From Octopus vulgaris (lineage: Eukaryota), in NCBI GenBank assembly GCA_951406725.2, contig OX597817.1:83142001-83206000 (forward strand): a DNA stretch of 64,000 nucleotides. Reading direction: 5' to 3'. Positions 57,040 through 64,000 of this stretch are shown one piece after another. The notes beneath the pieces were generated by a model. The model had not been told where the DNA came from. It worked only from the letters and a program-made list of their open reading frames with translations, and searched no databases. A program made the position numbers and the translations under genes. Within the stretch, counting starts at the first letter, position 1, and each line of letters begins with the position of its first letter.

Positions 57040-57720
57040 CAACCTAGAATATGGCAGCCATTTTCCACTGGTCAACTCTGCCAAACGCTTTACTGAAGTC
57101 ACGATTATTAAACACCAGAGTTTGAACCTGATCCCAAGGCTTTAAGGATATTATCAACGTGATGTAAGAGCTGTGTTAGACAGTCTCTGCCGCAGAGAAA
57201 TCCATGTTGGTTTGAATGACCAGAAAGTCATTTGTCTTTGATCTCACTATCATTTCAAACATTTTAGTGATATGGGAGGTGAGTGAGTTTGGGCGATAGT
57301 TGACTGCGAAGGATCCGAATCCCTGTTTGAAAACTGCGGGACGATACACTGGGATAAAAGCTGTTTCAGTATATATCCCGAGTCAAAAGAATTTCTTCGG
57401 CGGTCGGTTAGAGGGACTGCAAGTTGATGTCTTCATTCCTTCAGGAGACTAGCGGGGAATAGTATTTGATCTCATTTTTGCTGTTATGATGTCTAAAGCA
57501 GTAAAGGTTATGTCCGAGAATATATATTGGGAATCGACTTCGTTAATAGCCGTTACGTCAATATCAGTGAGATCACTAAAGACAGAGCAGTATGGTTTCT
57601 GTAGTATTTCTATCATTTCTTTAGCATTATGTTGGAGAATGCCGTTATCATCGGTCAATGGATCAACGGGTTTGACAGCGGTCCTATGCTTATTTGCATA
57701 TGAATAGAACGCTTTGGGTT
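57040..57720 (-). pseudogene. CR1-like LINE reverse transcriptase relic
   Basis: Minus strand NYRPNSLTSHITKMFEMIVR (~57243-57302), DFSKAFGRVD (~57071-57102), and ORF 57449-57658 EMIEILQKPYCSVFS. Confidence 0.65.
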
Positions 57721-58139
57721 CTGTTTGATTTTTGGATTACGCAATGTTCCTTTGAAGCTCTTTGGTTTTCAATGCAGGTTTTCATATATATATGTGTGTG
57801 TGTGTATAAACTCCTCAGACAAATATGTAAGAGTGTAAGTCCACTATTGACGAAACCTCCAGCTTTCTTTAAAAATTTTTTTAGATCTATAGAAAACAAA
57901 CACACGTTTTTCATATGTGTGTAAGTTCTTGTGTAAGTGTGTAGCTCTGTGTGTATCTATGCATATATTTTATGTTGTACAGAAAATATATTTATCTAAT
58001 AACCAGAAACTACACACACAACCACATACACAAACGCACAAACATATATACGCACACACATGTGTGTGTGTATGTAGTGTGTAGTTGTGATAGATAAAAC
58101 TATTTTCTACAAAACGTATATTTCATGTGCATGCACATT

Positions 58140-58405
<266 letters not shown>

Positions 58406-58803
58406 ATTTCAATATATCAAAACGCAATACATCTGTTTTATTCATCGCTATGTGATTATGTTGGTTGTGTTTATATTAACAATGATAATACGATTTTACA
58501 CATAGTTCTAACCGTACATTACATGACAAATATCAATAGGGATAGAAGAAAACATTGATTTCGAATAGAGGATTCTTAAAACAAAAAAAAATCGGAATGT
58601 GTTACAGTTGATACGTATTCAATCTGCCGTTTCCGATACAATACTTTGCACTTAAATATCTGTTTCAAATTCAAATTCCGCATAGGGTTTTAAATAAATT
58701 CAAACGCATTTTAGATTTGAATTCTAAAGATGATGCTATCAATAATTAAATAGATAATAAATATATGCTTTTATGAAGGACTGGTTGCACACTCTCTCAC
58801 TTA

Positions 58804-58897
<94 letters not shown>

Positions 58898-59023
58898 AAG
58901 TAAAGTTGTAAGGTACCGCACGAGTGGAAATATATATGAAAGTTCAAACCTTCTTTCACAGATATGTAGGTATGTACATATATGTATGTATATATGCATA
59001 TATTTATATATTATTTTAATTAT

Positions 59024-59070
<47 letters not shown>

Positions 59071-60470
59071 ATTATGCAAATGTGCGTGTGTATTGATAAT
59101 GAAATACATGTATATTGTAATATTCACTTCTCTCTCTCTTTATATTTGTGCATCTGTTCATGTATATATATATATATATATATAATTATATATGTATATC
59201 CATTGATATATACAGACATACATGCATATGTTCATACATACATACAAACATAAACAGATTCATATACACACATAACTATATATAAACATATATATATATA
59301 ACAAATATGTGTGTGTACGCATAATTACCTTTTTCTTCCCTTATATCACATTATGCACTCTTTACAAATTTGTGCCTACATCTACAGAGTTATTTTTTTT
59401 TACATCTTGGTTGTATTTTGAACTATTCACTATTGAATGTTTTAATCTTTACTCTCACTTGCCATATGAATATCCCCTCCTTCTCTGCCTCCTCTCTGCC
59501 ATTTCTATCATTATTTATTTATATACCTGCTTCCTTACACATATATTTCTCTCTTCTTATTGTTTTGTTTTTTCTAATTCTTATTTTTCTATCACATATT
59601 TTTTCGAATTCATCCTGAAGTTATAGTTTTTAACATTTCTCCTACTTTTTCACTTGTTAACTGTTTTAATGCAACACATTTCCGGAATAAAATGCTTTAT
59701 TTTAAGATATTTGGAAATCGTTTTCCGTTGATAACTACATAAGACTTATGTTCTATTTTCTTTAAATATGTACTGCTACAGAGAAACGTGGAAAGAAATT
59801 AAAGAACTTGATAATAATCACATATACATACTGTCTTAGCAAAACACATATTTGATGTTACGTTTAAATACAACATCCTTTATGCCTTCTGCGTTTCAAG
59901 AATGTTGTTAGAGACACAATTGCAACTGATTGCCATAAAATAACGAGTGTATCTTGTTGCAGGTGATACGTTGTATTGTTTAAAACGAGAGACATCTCTT
60001 ACCTAACTTCGATACATTAACTTGCTTTAAGGAAAAAGCTGAATAACGGGATACGAATTTTCATACCATATATTTTAATTATTTATTTATTCATTCATTC
60101 ATTCCTTAAGTAGGCAGTAGCTGATCAGAATATTGAATAGAACATGACTAGTCTGCTATACTAGTGTGTGTATGTGGTGGGGATCCTTAATATCTAAGTG
60201 TCTCGTTGCTTTAGCTACAAAAATGTTCCATGTGTATGATGAGTTCAATTTTATTAATGTTCTGCAGACTGCGGGAAAATAGATGAAGTTACTACATATT
60301 TTACCAATGAGCATATTTCTATTTGGAGTAAGTTGAAAAAAATATTGATTCAACCATTGTAATTAACGTTAGATATGACTCATAAGGATAAAATCTTTCG
60401 CAAGCAATATTATAACATCACCAATTTTTTTTATGGTGCTTATATATGATGTTTAGATATATATCTATAC

Positions 60471-60520
<50 letters not shown>

Positions 60521-60567
60521 GTACATATATATATAAATATATATATATGTATATATATATGTGTGTT

Positions 60568-60619
<52 letters not shown>

Positions 60620-60623
60620 TATA

Positions 60624-60663
<40 letters not shown>

Positions 60664-60913
60664 AAAATAGGATAAATTCTTTATAAGAATTTATCAAGTA
60701 GTTAGCGTGAAAAACCTCATAAGAGAAGAATCCACCAATTTTTCTCTTAAATATAATTATTTATATTATATAGCTTCGAGAGTTGCATTCCCTCGCTTTC
60801 GGTACGATGTGTTTACTTATTTTGGCAGTTTTGACTTTAAGAGTCCCTCCTAGCGTGTGGCATTTATGAATAGTAATGCCCTGTATTTAATATATATATA
60901 TATATATACACAC

Positions 60914-61025
<112 letters not shown>

Positions 61026-62019
61026 CTCAATATATGATACATTTTTGTTCCTTTGATTTTAATTAGTCAAATATCTATTTTGGTTAAGCGGAAGGAATTA
61101 TTTACCCTGAAACTCCTGATATTTCTTCATTTTTAATATCTGTTGACAATATAATTTTATGTAATAGTGTATATACAAAATTAATGATTTTCACATTATA
61201 TATTCCTTAGTACAGAACTAACAATAGGAATACAAATACCTAGCGTGATTTCTGTTTCCTGTATATATTAGGGAAAAAGGCATATTAGGCCGATTAAGAA
61301 TCTTGGATTCCTGACATAATTATAGATTGTTTGTGATAAACAAATCTACGTTTCATGAAAAATGTTATTATATTCAGTACCGATTCTATATCCACTATAT
61401 CACTAGCTAGTTATCCTGTATATGTTATAATATGTAAACAATTGCAGTGGCAAACAATCGCAAAGCACAAGCAGTCGTCTCAGCAAGCATTTCATTTTAG
61501 ACCCTCATTCACTGCGTATTTATGAATGATGTAAGCAAAAATAAAATAGATAAAATATAATGAAATATATTGATATCCGTAGGAAACTTGACTGAAGATT
61601 GTGGTGCTGCCACTAACAGTTGCTTTCGGGGTAAGAGAGAGAAAGGGAGAGAGAAAGAGAAAGGGACAGACAGACAGACAAACTGAGAGACAGTTTACAA
61701 AGAAATAAAAGAGAGAGTGAAGTTTCACTTTAAGGGGCAGAGAACCGGTTCAAGGTTTAAAATTCTTTTGATTATGAGAAGTCTTTTTCTTATGAGTGAC
61801 AGAGCACAGGGAATAATATGTCCCTATAATATTTTTTTCCATTTTAAGTGTCGTAGTTGTAGATAACGTCATTTCGTCCTACTTATAAACTCTTCAGTAC
61901 CACAGAAGTTTGGATCATGATATTAGTTGGTTTATGTTCATTTAAAATCTTTAGGATTTTACGATCGTTTTCTTTCCTTATTTTTGTTCTTATTATTTTG
62001 CAACTGACCTGTGTCTTGC

Positions 62020-62093
62020 TACAAATTTTGAGATTCATACAATTAGAATCAATTGTACAAATTTTGAGATTCATAGAGTTAGGATCAATTGTA
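62020..62093. repeat. 36-bp direct tandem duplication
   Basis: tacaaattttgagattcata(ca/ga)(a/g)ttag(a/g)atcaattg x2. Confidence 0.85.
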
Positions 62094-64000
62094 TAGAAAA
62101 TGAGATATTTCACATAAGAGACTGTGTTCTTGTGCATATTGCAGTTTCGTTTTAGTGGTTGATGAAATGAATGATGATGAGAAGGCAATATATTCATGAA
62201 ATGTGCTACGAGCAAATATTGCGTGCACACCAAATTCACAATCCAAGTGATGGTAATACACGCACATGTAAACGTGAGGAAGTCGCGTTTATTCTAATTC
62301 CTCTATGCAATATTGAGACACCAAGGTGTCGTTAATAAATTTCTGTATTTCCTGTTGATCTATTGACCAACGGACCAGTGTAAATGCAATGCATATTGAT
62401 AGGCCCCACTATCCAATGGGACCACCATGTCTAGTGGAAATTATTTCATAAAATACATTATTAGAAGTAAAAACTGAAATGGTGCCAAAATTATTCTTTA
62501 ATTGTCCTATAATTATTGGTAGGATCCAATGTGCACTATAGCATTTTCCAACTTATTGATTGTGGGACTACGTGAAACATTTAGACTTACAAAGATTACA
62601 ATGTTTCTGGTATCTCTCTAAGTATTTGTTGAGTTTATTGTAAACATGTCTGACGATGTGGTCAGGTATTTATTGTAAACGAGTAGTTTCGCGAAATGTG
62701 CTCTGTCTATCAATATATTTTATTGTTATAAATCATGGCAGTATTAAAGAAATGTTAGCGTACAGTATCAAATATTTGTTTCATGACTTTTGATACCTAC
62801 AAGCAGTTTATTATCAACGTGCCTGTTTTCCAAAACAAAATCATGACGAGAAAAGCTCTTACAAATAATTTATGTTGACAATCTTCTTCCACCACCCAGT
62901 CCGCGCGCACACACTAATAGCTATCGCATTTTAAAGCTGTGGGAGATCAATTTTGCAAACAGCCCACGTTGCCAAGTGTTAAAGTAGGATTATGATGGAT
63001 GAGCTATATGCCACTTACAAAATTTCATCACTGATTGCTAAATTTAGAAAGTCAAATTCAATTAATGAATAATTGATACTAGAATTTGTTAGTGAGGTTA
63101 TTGCACCAAGTGCGAATCACACACGAGGGACTGAAAATAAGCAATAAGCAAATTTCTGTGAATGATCATGAAAATTAATAAAGAATTTACGGAAGAACTG
63201 TACACGTAGAAGACATAGTATGTAATTCTTGTGAAGACAGCCTAATTTTCGTTGCATGCATTTTGGAACAGATATCGATATTGTATTTTTTTTTTCAGAA
63301 AAGAAGATTCGTAAAACAAATTATAATAATTGATGTGACTGATAGAATGCTACTCATAGTGGACTACCCTCGTGAAGAATCTAATAGTTTGTTATTCTAC
63401 ATTGAAGTTCACTAGTTGTCGAAGGCTACCGCTTTTATAGGTTTTCTAAAAAGCAGATTTAGGACTATTTGTACACAAATATGCTTTCATATAAGGCAAT
63501 TTGACGTTTAAAAGTGAATATTTTTAATGCCAGACATATTTCTACTTTAACGAAATTAATTTGTAGATGGAAGCAGATGAATTGAAAACGGTTAAATCGC
63601 AGACTGTTAATGTATATTTCCCAACCTTATTCTGTTCAAGTGCAGCTTGAAGCGTGGGAGAACTTATCTGCCTCCCAGTCTTTTTGCACTGAAATTAAGA
63701 ATTGTACCATGAAGGCGCTTAGGTTTTACATCGATTATTGAGAAACATCACGTAAGCCCCTTCAAAATATTTGAAAATTTTGCTGGGAAATATCCAGATT
63801 TTCTGCAATAGAAACAAAAATGCAATAAGAATTGATTGAATGGAAAGCAAACGAAGATTTAAAGTATCAATTCAGGAACTGGTACCATCGTTTCAGATTT
63901 TAGATCCAAATTTCAAATCTTTATCTTGGCTCCTCCTAATATTTAACTAAATATTATATTTAATGCCTTTATGGAACTTTCGACAAAGAAAAGGAAACCT

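Noticed and set aside
60770-60812. HHR-like hairpin on the minus strand (gaggg-aatgcaa-ctctc-gaag)
   Set aside because: Both catalytic core segments are mutated; cannot be supported.
63299-63415. Strong splice acceptor (t-run + cag) followed by a short open frame
   Set aside because: No recognisable protein similarity or donor; expected by chance in T-rich DNA.

Overview
AT-rich, microsatellite-saturated eukaryotic non-genic DNA. The repeat families (tRNA-head SINEs with internal TA/TG tracts, AAT-targeted LINEs) resemble those I associate with octopus/cephalopod genomes; this is an inference. I can support no intact host protein-coding gene, and most six-frame ORFs are microsatellite artefacts. 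The window is a nested transposon graveyard with five components. (1) At least 9 R4/Dong-like restriction-endonuclease (RLE) non-LTR retrotransposon copies or fragments. Most sit in (AAT)n tracts in one orientation, and a separate RLE lineage is associated with (CATA)n. (2) Three Tc1 copies, a mariner fragment and a mariner-derived MITE. (3) Three tRNA-SINE families. (4) A probable non-autonomous Helitron plus CR1-, RTE- and ORF1-like relics. (5) The most interesting signal: a set of minimal type-I hammerhead ribozyme (HHR) motifs in several unrelated repeats. These include a tRNA-headed SINE-like element whose HHR tail is separated from its head by three stacked RLE LINEs (19.0-22.8 kb), and a 3.2-kb ORF-less element with a perfect HHR, inverted termini and a ~1.2-kb internal tandem duplication (30.4-33.6 kb).
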